NCBI GenBank assembly: GCA_031366795.1
Contig: JANLOX010000297.1
Coordinates: forward strand, 1-12,022
Length of the DNA: 12,022 nt
DNA from: Candidatus Eiseniibacteriota bacterium
Lineage (GTDB): Bacteria; Eisenbacteria; RBG-16-71-46
Direction of reading: 5' to 3'
This document shows, one piece after another, positions 1 to 7,824 of the stretch (the first letter of the stretch is position 1; every line of letters begins with the position of its first letter). Below the pieces are notes generated by a model, which made no database searches, had not been told where the DNA came from, and saw only the letters and a program-made list of their open reading frames with translations. The position numbers were made by a program, and so were the translations under genes.

Positions 1-407
1 GGCTGGCCGTCGATTATCTCGGCGAGTAATTGGGGCAAATGGGAGTAGTTTCCTTCCGCTGAACGCCATTCGATAGTTACATCACGTCCCTCCGCGTAGC
101 CCAACGCTTGCATACCTTGCCGAAACTGGTCCGACTCGGGACTTTGGACGGGAAATCCAGAAAGCAGTACGCCAATTCGCGGCGTCCGCTGCAATTGCGC
201 ACCCGCAGAGGCGGGCGTCAAATAGAATCCCGCGAGCAAAACGAGAACTGCGAATTTCCACGCATCCGGCCACATTCTGACGTGCAATGCCACCCCGCAG
301 ATACCCGGTTGGCGAGACCGCGAGTGAATTTGGACGCGCGGCTGGCCAAATCTATTCGCGGGATTTGGCGACGCAAACCGGTTCGCCCGGTCGCGAGTGC
401 CAGTCAC
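1..407 (-). CDS. ABC substrate-binding protein (PF04392/COG2984-like, subfamily A), partial; 3' end lies beyond the window
   Basis: Not in the ORF track because there is no stop. Manual translation from ATG at 275: MWPDAWKFAVLVLLAGFYLTPASAGAQLQRTPRIGVLLSGFPVQSPESDQFRQGMQALGYAEGRDVTIEWRSAEGNYSHLPQLLAEIIDGQP, which matches the N-terminus of 404..1411 (RIGVLL...GYSEGRDVVIEWR). The frame is open back to a GTG at 407 that overlaps the upstream TGA. The true start (407, 293 or 275) is uncertain. Confidence 0.9.
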   Translation of the reverse strand, partial: MTGTRDRANRFASPNPANRFGQPRVQIHSRSRQPGICGVALHVRMWPDAWKFAVLVLLAGFYLTPASAGAQLQRTPRIGVLLSGFPVQSPESDQFRQGMQALGYAEGRDVTIEWRSAEGNYSHLPQLLAEIIDGQ

Positions 408-1411
408 TTGATCACCTCGTCCGCGCGCAACAGGATCGATTCCGGAATAGTGATACCGAGAGCCTTGGCGGTTTTCAGGTTCACGACCAGTTCGAATTTG
501 GTCGGCTGTTCGATCGGCAGATCGCCTGGATTGGCGCCCTTGAGAATCTTGTCGACGTACCCGGCCGACCGGCGTATTTCGTCGGCGTAGTTTGGCCCGT
601 AGGACATTAGACCACCTTCGTCCACGGAGAGCCTGAACCCGTAAATCGACGGCAGACGGGCCTTCGAGGCCGCCTTCACAAGCATGGCTCGACGATTGAC
701 GAACAAAGCATCATCGATGACGTACAAAGCCTGTGCGTGCGCCCGGCTGACAGCCGAGAAGGCCTGATCGAGTTCCTCGGGCGTTCGCGCGGCGACAAAG
801 TTGAGCTCGATCGACAACGATGGCGCGACTGCCTTGAGATCCTCGGCCGCCTTCGGATGAAACGCCGTGGCTGGATTCCACAGGACTGCGACCCGGGCCA
901 CACGAGGAAGCGCCTCCTTGAGTAATTGCAGCCGCTTGGCGCCGAGTTCGACCACCATGGTTGAAAGCCCGGTGACATTCCCGCCGGGATGCGCAAGGTT
1001 GGCGACCAGACCGGATCCGACTGGATCGGCGACAGTGGCCATGACGATGGGGATGGTGGACGTGGCACGTTTGGCAGCCTGGGCTGCAGGGGTACTCTGA
1101 ACGACGATCACATCGACTTTGCGCTGGACCAGGTCTTCAGCCAACTCCGGCAGTAGGGCGTAATCACCGCGGGCAGTTCGCCATTCGATCACGACATCGC
1201 GTCCTTCGGAGTAGCCCGCGTCCAGTAGCCCCTGCAGGAACGCCTGCGCCTCCTTGCTCTCGGGTAAGAGGCCCCCGAGAAGAACCCCAATGCGCCGCGC
1301 TAGTGCCGGTTGCTGTGGGTAGACCTCGACAGGTAGACCGAACAGCCCGAGACAGCCGATCAGGATCGTGAGGTCGCGGGCGAACACGCGCCGAGAAATC
1401 CGCCGATTCAC
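404..1411 (-). CDS. ABC substrate-binding protein (PF04392/COG2984-like, subfamily A)
   Basis: 335 aa; signal peptide; motifs RIGVL, GYSEGRDVVIEWR, TIPIVM, DPVGSGLVANLAHPGGNVTG, GGLMSYG, YVDKILKGANPGDLPIEQPTKFELVVNLKTAKALG, RADEVIK. GTG start overlaps the upstream TGA. Confidence 0.93.
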   Translation of the reverse strand: MNRRISRRVFARDLTILIGCLGLFGLPVEVYPQQPALARRIGVLLGGLLPESKEAQAFLQGLLDAGYSEGRDVVIEWRTARGDYALLPELAEDLVQRKVDVIVVQSTPAAQAAKRATSTIPIVMATVADPVGSGLVANLAHPGGNVTGLSTMVVELGAKRLQLLKEALPRVARVAVLWNPATAFHPKAAEDLKAVAPSLSIELNFVAARTPEELDQAFSAVSRAHAQALYVIDDALFVNRRAMLVKAASKARLPSIYGFRLSVDEGGLMSYGPNYADEIRRSAGYVDKILKGANPGDLPIEQPTKFELVVNLKTAKALGITIPESILLRADEVIK

Positions 1412-2403
1412 CGGATCACCTCATCCGCCTGCAATAGCACCGCTTGGGGAACGGTGATCCCAAGCGCCTTTGCGGTCTTGAGATTGACCACGAATTCGAA
1501 CTTCGTCGGCTGCTCGATCGGCAGATCGCCTGGTTTGGCGCCCTTGAGGATCTTGTCCACATAAAAGGCCGACCTGCGAAACAAATCCGCGATGTCCGCG
1601 GAGTAGGACAGCAGCGCACCTGCCTGAGGTTGCCTGCGCGGGTTAAAAGTGACGGGAATCTTCGCCTTCGCGGCCCGAGAGAGGAGGTCCGCAGATTGGC
1701 TCACGAAAAACCCGCTGTCGAGCACGTACAGAGCATCGACGCGCCTTCGCCGTAGTGTAGAAAACACGCCTTCGAAGTCCGCAGTTCGCTTAGCAGATAC
1801 CAATGTAAGCTCTACCCCCATGGATTTGGCTGAGGCCGCAAGACTTGCGACGGCCTTGGGATGCCAAGCCAAGGTAGGATCTTGGAGTATTCCGATACGC
1901 TTCAGACTTGGCATCGCATCCTTCAGGAGTTGCAGTCGCTTGGCGCTGAGATCGGGAATCATCATCGAGAGCCCAGTGACGTTGCCTCCAGGGTGCGCCA
2001 GGCTCTCGACCAAACCCGACCCCACCGGATCGGCCGCCACGGCCATCACGATTGGAATCGTCGTCGTGGCTCGTCTTGCCGTAGCTATCGCGAGCGTGTG
2101 CTCGATAACTATAACGTCAGGCTTGGATCGCATGACATCGTCGATTATCGAAGGCAGACGGGCATGGTCACCTTCAGCAGACCACCACTCCATGACGATG
2201 TCGCCCCCTTCCGTGTGGCCAGCTTCGCGTAACCCCTGCCGCAGCAACTGCGGCTCGGTGCTTTGTGGAGTGAATCCCATGAGAACGACCGCGATACGCC
2301 AAGGCGATGCCGGCTGCTGCGCATCGGCGGCGTTGGGCTGACCAGACGACCCAAAGCAGACGGCTACGGCAATGAGGGCGATTGCGAAAGTGCGCCGAGT
2401 CAC
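1408..2403 (-). CDS. ABC substrate-binding protein (PF04392/COG2984-like, subfamily A)
   Basis: 331 aa; signal peptide (MTRRTFAIALIA...); DPVGSGLVESLAHPGGNVTGLS, KRLQLLK, KILKGAKPGDLPIEQPTKF, QADEVIR. GTGA overlap with the upstream gene. Confidence 0.93.
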   Translation of the reverse strand: MTRRTFAIALIAVAVCFGSSGQPNAADAQQPASPWRIAVVLMGFTPQSTEPQLLRQGLREAGHTEGGDIVMEWWSAEGDHARLPSIIDDVMRSKPDVIVIEHTLAIATARRATTTIPIVMAVAADPVGSGLVESLAHPGGNVTGLSMMIPDLSAKRLQLLKDAMPSLKRIGILQDPTLAWHPKAVASLAASAKSMGVELTLVSAKRTADFEGVFSTLRRRRVDALYVLDSGFFVSQSADLLSRAAKAKIPVTFNPRRQPQAGALLSYSADIADLFRRSAFYVDKILKGAKPGDLPIEQPTKFEFVVNLKTAKALGITVPQAVLLQADEVIR

Positions 2404-3410
2404 CGTATCACCTCATCGGCCTGCAGCAGGATCGACTGCGGGATCATAATGCCGAGAGCCTTGGCGGTCTTCATGTTTACTACGAGCTCGAATTTTGACG
2501 GTCGCTCTACCGGAAGGTCTCCCGGCTTGGCGCCACCGAGGATCCTGGCCACGAGCACAGCACTGCGCTCGTACGCCGGGGTCCGTTCGGGGCCGTAGGA
2601 GATCGTCCCACCCGCGTCGGCGAATCCCCGGCTCATCGAAGTCGCAGGCAGGCGGTGCTTAAGCGCCAATTTGGCAAGTCGTTCGCTCTGCAAGAACATC
2701 ATTGGCGAAGGCAGGATGATCAGAGCCTGGGGCCGTCCGCGCAACGCCGAGAAAGCGCTGTCGATGTCCTTCGGCTTTCTGACCTCGATCACCTGGAGCT
2801 TAAGACGCAACGATTGAGCAAGTTCCTGGACTGCCTCCAAGTGCGCGGAGCCGGGGCTCGGATCCCACAGGATAACGGCGCGTGACAGATCGGGAACGAT
2901 GGCCTTCAGCAACTCGATCCACTTACCCGAGAACCCCGGCGCGTCGAGGAAGACCCCGGTGATGTTTCTTCCCGGCCGACCATAGCTCTCGACATAGCCT
3001 GCGGCGATCGGGTCGTTCGTGAAATCGGTCGCGACGATCGGGATCGTAGTGGTCGCCGCGTGCGCCGCGCGGAGAGACGGTGCGCTGTCCGCAAAGATCA
3101 CGTCGACCTTCAGCCGGGTGAGATCGGCGGCGGCTTCGGCGAGTTGCGTGGGGTCGCCGACAGCCCGGCGGTATTCGAACGCAACCTGTTGGCCCTCGAT
3201 CCACCCATGGTCGGCGAGTTTGCGCCTGAATGGCTCGACCCATAGCTTTACGGACTCATCAGAAGTGCCTCCATAGGTGAGAATCCCGACACGTGGAAGC
3301 TTCGCCTGCCCCCGGCTTTCCTCAGTCCATCCGAGGATTGTCAGGAAAACAGCCGTAAGGAACAGCACAGCAGCCGTCCGATGTCTCATACCCCCTCTCG
3401 CGATCCTCAT
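2400..3410 (-). CDS. ABC substrate-binding protein (PF04392/COG2984-like, subfamily B)
   Basis: 336 aa; DFTNDPIAAGYVESYGRPGRNITGVFLDAP, GRPQALIILPSP, ILGGAKPGDLPVERP, QADEVIR. An alternative ATG at 3389 (MRHRTAAV, preceded by GAGAGGGGGT) aligns with the start of 3407..4399. Confidence 0.92.
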   Translation of the reverse strand: MRIARGGMRHRTAAVLFLTAVFLTILGWTEESRGQAKLPRVGILTYGGTSDESVKLWVEPFRRKLADHGWIEGQQVAFEYRRAVGDPTQLAEAAADLTRLKVDVIFADSAPSLRAAHAATTTIPIVATDFTNDPIAAGYVESYGRPGRNITGVFLDAPGFSGKWIELLKAIVPDLSRAVILWDPSPGSAHLEAVQELAQSLRLKLQVIEVRKPKDIDSAFSALRGRPQALIILPSPMMFLQSERLAKLALKHRLPATSMSRGFADAGGTISYGPERTPAYERSAVLVARILGGAKPGDLPVERPSKFELVVNMKTAKALGIMIPQSILLQADEVIR

Positions 3411-4399
3411 CGAATCACCTCATCGGCCCTCAGCAGGATTGACTGCGGAATGGTCAACCCGAGCGCCTTGGCGGTCTTGAGGTTGACGATGAGTTGAACT
3501 TTAGTAGGCCGTTCTACCGGAAGCTCCGCAGGATGGGCGCCGCCGAGGATCTTGGCGACAAGGGCCGCACTACGCTCGGACGATGACGCCAGATCGGGCC
3601 CGTATGCGACCACACCGCCCGCCTCGGCAAACAAGCGGGCCATCGATGTCCCTGGCAGCCGGTACTTTAGCGCCAGCTTGGCGAGCTGTTCACTTTGCGA
3701 ATAGATCCACGGCGACGGCAGAATGATTAATGCCTGCGGGCGCCCGAGCAACGCAGAGAAAGCCCTCTCCACATCCTCCAGCTTACGAACCTCAAGGACT
3801 TGCGCCTGTATGCCGAAGGCCCGAGCTGCTTTTTGGATTGCGCGCAGGTGGTTCGGGCCTGGGCCGGGGTCCCAAAGCACGACAACGCGTGAGAGATCCG
3901 GAATCATCGCCCTCAGGAACTCGAACCACTTGCCGGCGAACTCGGGCGCGTCGAGAAAGACCCCGGTGACGTTCCCGCCGGGCCGACTGTAGCTCTCCAC
4001 ATACCCTTCGGCAACCGGGTCCGTCGTAAAATCTTGCGCCACGATCGGGATTGTGCGAGTCGCCGCATGGGCGGCACGGACCATCGGTGCGGCTATCGCC
4101 CAGATGACATCGACCTTGAGCGCAACGAGCTCAGCGGCAGCCCCGGCAAACCGCGAAGGGTCATTTTGGGGGCTCCGGTAATCAAACAGAAAGTTCTTGC
4201 CTTCGATCCAACCCTCATCGGCGAGCTTGCGGCGGAACGGCTCGAACCAACCGCTTAGCGACGGGTCTTCCGTGATCGGGAACGAAGAGATAATTCCGAC
4301 GCGCGGAAGCTTCGCCTGTCCCCAACTCTCTCCAGTCCATCCGAGGAGGGTCAGGAAGACTGCCGTGACGAGCAGTACAGCAGCAGTCCGATGTTTCAC
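3407..4399 (-). CDS. ABC substrate-binding protein (PF04392/COG2984-like, subfamily B)
   Basis: 330 aa; GTG start after GGGGGAGGGG; signal peptide; DFTTDPVAEGYVESYSRPGGNVTGVFLDAPEFAGKW, GRPQALIILPSP, NLKTAKALG, RADEVIR. Confidence 0.93.
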   Translation of the reverse strand: MKHRTAAVLLVTAVFLTLLGWTGESWGQAKLPRVGIISSFPITEDPSLSGWFEPFRRKLADEGWIEGKNFLFDYRSPQNDPSRFAGAAAELVALKVDVIWAIAAPMVRAAHAATRTIPIVAQDFTTDPVAEGYVESYSRPGGNVTGVFLDAPEFAGKWFEFLRAMIPDLSRVVVLWDPGPGPNHLRAIQKAARAFGIQAQVLEVRKLEDVERAFSALLGRPQALIILPSPWIYSQSEQLAKLALKYRLPGTSMARLFAEAGGVVAYGPDLASSSERSAALVAKILGGAHPAELPVERPTKVQLIVNLKTAKALGLTIPQSILLRADEVIR

Positions 4400-4492
4400 G
4401 ACCCCTCCCCCCGCTCACAATGGCGCCTGCAGCGTGTTGTTGTCACCACTTGAACTGATCGTCGCGGCGCAATTGCTCCGTCCGAACGCATG

Positions 4493-4903
4493 CTAACGCG
4501 TGCGTTGGCGAATCGCCTGAACGAAGTCTATGAGATCCGATAGTCGGTTCTGCAAGACATCGCTCAGAACGTCGAGGTTCAGCTTCTGATAACCGTGCAC
4601 CAGGATGTTACGAAACCCCGCCATACTGCGAAGATCCAGCGCGAGAGGGGCGTCAAGCCACCCATTGCGCTCGAGCAGGGTAAAGAGCTCTTGATTGGTC
4701 TGAGGCTCTCCGAGCCGTTCGTCCGAAACGATATGAGAGGCGACGTCAAGCGTGTTTTGGATGGCAAGCTGAAGCGTATGCGCAGCGAATCGCTCCTCCT
4801 TGACGTCCCTCTTGATCTTCTCCACGCTCACGAGCGTGCGCAACTCCCGCACATAGGTTTCAATCTCCGCCAGCTTCTTCGCGATGAGGTCTGGATCGCT
4901 CAT
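4493..4903 (-). CDS. hepT: HepT-like HEPN ribonuclease toxin (DUF86), type VII toxin-antitoxin system
   Basis: 136 aa; intact HEPN RX4HXY motif (GFRNILVHGY) and LQLAIQNTLDVASHI helix; starts 9 nt downstream of the MNT gene. Confidence 0.9.
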   Translation of the reverse strand: MSDPDLIAKKLAEIETYVRELRTLVSVEKIKRDVKEERFAAHTLQLAIQNTLDVASHIVSDERLGEPQTNQELFTLLERNGWLDAPLALDLRSMAGFRNILVHGYQKLNLDVLSDVLQNRLSDLIDFVQAIRQRTR

Positions 4904-4912
4904 AGCCGAGAC

Positions 4913-5305
4913 TCACGCAGCTTGGCGATAGCGGCGCAGAATGGGCAGCAGGTCCAGGTACTCACGGCGGGCTGTCATTTCGAAGGCCACGCAAGCGCCA
5001 TGGTCCGCTTCGCAGACAAGATCGCCATCGCGAAGCACGCGGTGGACAAGATCGACTGGCGCGTTGTTGAGCACCACAATCTGAACTGGGCGGCTTAGGA
5101 GTTGTTCGAGTTCAGCTTCGGTTTTGAGTGGTAAGCCGGCAAGCGTCGGGGCGGGAGGCGCGGCAAACAGAATCGCAATATCCACGTCACTTGATGGTCC
5201 GCTTGTGCGTCTTGCGACGCTTCCGAATACATAGACCGCGATGAGATCGCCCGCCTGTTTCGCGAAGTACTCCCTTACCGCCGAGATTATCGATTCCTCG
5301 TCCAT
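4913..5305 (-). CDS. mntA: MntA-like minimal nucleotidyltransferase antitoxin, type VII toxin-antitoxin system
   Basis: 130 aa; AVYVFGSVARRTSGPSSDVDIAIL carries the GS-X10-DXD motif of DNA polymerase beta-like nucleotidyltransferases; directly upstream of the HEPN gene. Confidence 0.9.
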   Translation of the reverse strand: MDEESIISAVREYFAKQAGDLIAVYVFGSVARRTSGPSSDVDIAILFAAPPAPTLAGLPLKTEAELEQLLSRPVQIVVLNNAPVDLVHRVLRDGDLVCEADHGACVAFEMTARREYLDLLPILRRYRQAA

Positions 5306-5351
5306 CTGCTTAGCTTACTTCAAACCCTACCGCGCTACTACGCGGGTTGAA
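5306..5351 (-). promoter_or_regulatory. Putative mntA-hepT promoter/operator, possibly producing a leaderless transcript
   Basis: TAAGCT (-10-like, minus strand 5317-5312) lies 6 nt before the mntA ATG with no Shine-Dalgarno sequence. An imperfect inverted repeat spans 5319-5351 (TTCAA...CCGCG-ctacta-CGCGG.TTGAA). Confidence 0.35.
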
Positions 5352-5397
5352 ACCCGGGGGAGAGTCATCGAGCCCGGCACGACCTCCGCGCTGTCAT

Positions 5398-5829
5398 TCA
5401 TCGAATGACTTCATCCGCTCGCAGCAGGATCGATTCGTGAATGGTGAGCCCGAGGGCTTTGGCGGTCTTGAGATTGACGCTGAGCACGTAGCGAGTCGGC
5501 TGCTCGATGGGCAGATCGACGGGCTTGGCGCCTCGCAGTATCTTGTCGACGTACTCCGCCCCACGCCGCCACATGGCCGGGAAATCCGGGCCGTAGGACA
5601 TCAGGCCGCCCGCTTCCACGTAACTGCCATCAAGGTAGATCGCGGGTAGCCGGTGCTTGGCGGCGAGTGCGATAACCTCTTTCCTATGCTCCAGGGTGAT
5701 GGGTTCGCCCATTACGACGAACCCCAGCCGCACCACGCGCTGCGCCGCCTCCTCGGCACGCACGGGAAGACTCTCGGTCGCGGCAACTATCAGACACAAG
5801 ACAACGAGGGCGCTCAGCCGTCGAGTCAT
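5398..5829 (-). pseudogene. Internally deleted ABC substrate-binding protein (subfamily A-like); ORF still in frame, 143 aa
   Basis: Signal peptide and first strand (RVVRLGFV) are fused directly to the C-terminal third (MGEPITLEHRKEVIALAAKHRLPAIY...GGLMSYGP...RADEVIR); about 190 aa shorter than its paralogs. Confidence 0.75.
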
Positions 5830-6805
5830 CGAATCACCTCGTCAGCACGAAGCAGCAACTCCTCCGGGATCTCCAGACCCTGCGCGCGTGCCACGCGAAG
5901 GTTCGATCACCAACTCGACCTTGGCCACTTTCTCGATTGGCAGATCCCCGGGCTTAGCGCCGTTGATTGTCGACATACACGGCCACCCGGCGCATCGCCG
6001 CCTTCAAGCTCGGCCCATAGGACATAAGGATGCCGGCATCGTGGTACTCCGTTGCGGGGAAGATCGCAGGCAGCCTGGTCTCGCGCAATGCACGGGCAAT
6101 CCTGGCCCGGTTCGCCAGAAACAACAGTTCGGCCGACACGACCACACCGGCCGCGCCGCTCTGCGGAATCCGGGCGAGGGCAATATCGAGTTCGGCGGCG
6201 TTGCGGGCGTCGAGCGCCATCAGTTGCACACCCAGGATACGTGCGCCCTCCCGCGCTCCTGCCAACTGCAATGCCGTAGTCGAGTTGGCGGAGTTCGTGA
6301 GGAGGATGAAACGGCGCGCCCGCGGTGCTGACAGCCGAAGAAACTCGAGACGTTTTGCGGTTAGCTCCGACGTGACCAGCGACACGCCCGTCGCGTTCCC
6401 GCCCGGCCGCGCCAGACTCGCTGCCAAGCCCGATGCGACCGGGTCACCGGCCAGGAATACCACCGGCAGCGTCGTGGCATCCAGCGCAGCGCGCGCAGCA
6501 GGTGTACTGAACACGATGAGCAGGTCTACTTTCGAGCGTGCGAGTTCAGCGGCAATCGAGCGCCGCGCCTCGGGCGTCGCCCCCGGGGGTCGCGATTCTA
6601 AAACAATGGTCTTGCCATCGATGTAGCCGAGATCACGCAGGCCTTCACGCAGCCCGTCTCCCAGCGGTGCGTCCGCGAGTTGCGGAATGAGCACGCCGAT
6701 GCGGGGGACGGTCTGCGGCGAATTCGCGTGGACGGGCGGGCACACAGGTGCCGCGCCGATCAATGCAGCCAGGACTAACCCGCGCGACGTAACCTGGAAA
6801 CTCAT
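5826..6805 (-). pseudogene. Frameshifted ABC substrate-binding protein (subfamily A)
   Basis: The ORF stops at 5954 after YVD-NQRR. Homology resumes in a shifted frame at ~5967 (INGAKPGDLPIEKVAKVELVI) and again after an extra base at 5904 (NLRVARAQGLEIPEELLLRADEVIR, TGA at 5828-5826). Could be sequencing error. Confidence 0.8.
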
Positions 6806-7824
6806 CGAATCACCTCATCCGCGCGCAACAGGACGGACTCGGGAATGCTCAACCCAAGAGCCTTTGCCGTCTTGAGGTTGATCACGAGATTGAACTTGGT
6901 GGGCCGCTCCACCGGCAAGTCACCCGGTTTCGCCCCGCCGAGGATCTTGGCCACCTGAACGGCATTGCGCTGTGACGTTTCGGCAATATCGGGGCCGTAG
7001 CTGATTGCCCCGCCCGCCTCGGCGAACCCTCGTGCAATGGACGTTCCGGGCAATCGATACTTCAGCGCAAGGTCGGCGAGTCGTGCGCTATGCGTGAAGG
7101 TCATCGGGGAAGGCAGGATGATCACTGCCTGAGGGCGGCCACGGAACGTGGCGAAAGCCTTATCGAGGTCATCGGGCCTGCGAACTTCGTGCGTCTGAAA
7201 CCGCAAACCGAAGGGCCGAGCTGCATCTTGCATCGCCTTCAGGTGCGCCGGCCCCGGCGCGGGGTCCCACAAGACCGCGACCCGCTTCAGGTCGGGCACG
7301 ATGGCTCTTAGCAGTTCGATCCATTTGCCGGCAAACTCCGGCGCATCGAGAGATACCCCGGTGACGTTCTTTCCCGGGCGGCTGTAGCTTTCCGCATAGC
7401 CGGCCGCCACCGGGTCGTTCGTGTAGTCTTGAATGACGATGGGAATGGTTGCGGTCGCCGCATAAGCGGCACGGGCAGCCGGTGCGGAAAAGGCCATCAC
7501 GACATCTACCTGGAGCCGAACCAGTTCCCCTGCGCCCTCGTTGAATCGCATGTCCTCGCCGCGAGCGAACCGGTATTCGAGCACCACGTTTTTTCCCGGT
7601 ACCCAACCGTGCTCGGCGAGTTTGGCAATGAACGATTGAATCCCGGTCGTTTGTAGGGTGGCCTCGTCAAAGATCAGCATCCCCACGCGTGGTACCTTCG
7701 CCTGCGCCCAGCTCTGCGTTGGCGATGCCATTGCCCACAACAGGATGCCTGCCAGAAGCAACGAATGGCGGAACCGCAGTCCCATCGGAACCCGGTGTCG
7801 CCGAGCCAAAAGCATGCGCGTCAT
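6802..7824 (-). CDS. ABC substrate-binding protein (PF04392/COG2984-like, subfamily B)
   Basis: 340 aa; SWAQAKVPRVG, DYTNDPVAAGYAESYSRPGKNVTGVSLDAPEFAGKW, GRPQAVIILPSP, RADEVIR. ATGA overlap with the upstream gene; the start could be a later Met. Confidence 0.92.
   Translation of the reverse strand: MTRMLLARRHRVPMGLRFRHSLLLAGILLWAMASPTQSWAQAKVPRVGMLIFDEATLQTTGIQSFIAKLAEHGWVPGKNVVLEYRFARGEDMRFNEGAGELVRLQVDVVMAFSAPAARAAYAATATIPIVIQDYTNDPVAAGYAESYSRPGKNVTGVSLDAPEFAGKWIELLRAIVPDLKRVAVLWDPAPGPAHLKAMQDAARPFGLRFQTHEVRRPDDLDKAFATFRGRPQAVIILPSPMTFTHSARLADLALKYRLPGTSIARGFAEAGGAISYGPDIAETSQRNAVQVAKILGGAKPGDLPVERPTKFNLVINLKTAKALGLSIPESVLLRADEVIR
7679..7715. repeat. 37-bp exact direct repeat shared by two paralogs (second copy 8698-8734)
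   Basis: atccccacgcgtggtaccttcgcctgcgcccagctct occurs at both positions and encodes SWAQAKVPRVG around the predicted signal cleavage site. Confidence 0.85.

Noticed and set aside
82..273. 63-aa minus-strand ORF
   Set aside because: Out-of-frame overlap with the partial SBP gene, which has clear family homology.
4400..5397. Integron cassette (attC) or IS boundaries around the TA pair
   Set aside because: A GTTAG occurs at the hepT stop, but I found no RYYYAAC...GTTRRRY paired stem, terminal inverted repeats, target-site duplication or integrase.
5904..5968. Programmed frameshifting or phase variation at the SBP frameshifts
   Set aside because: No slippery heptamer or homopolymer tract at either site, and two separate shifts would be needed.
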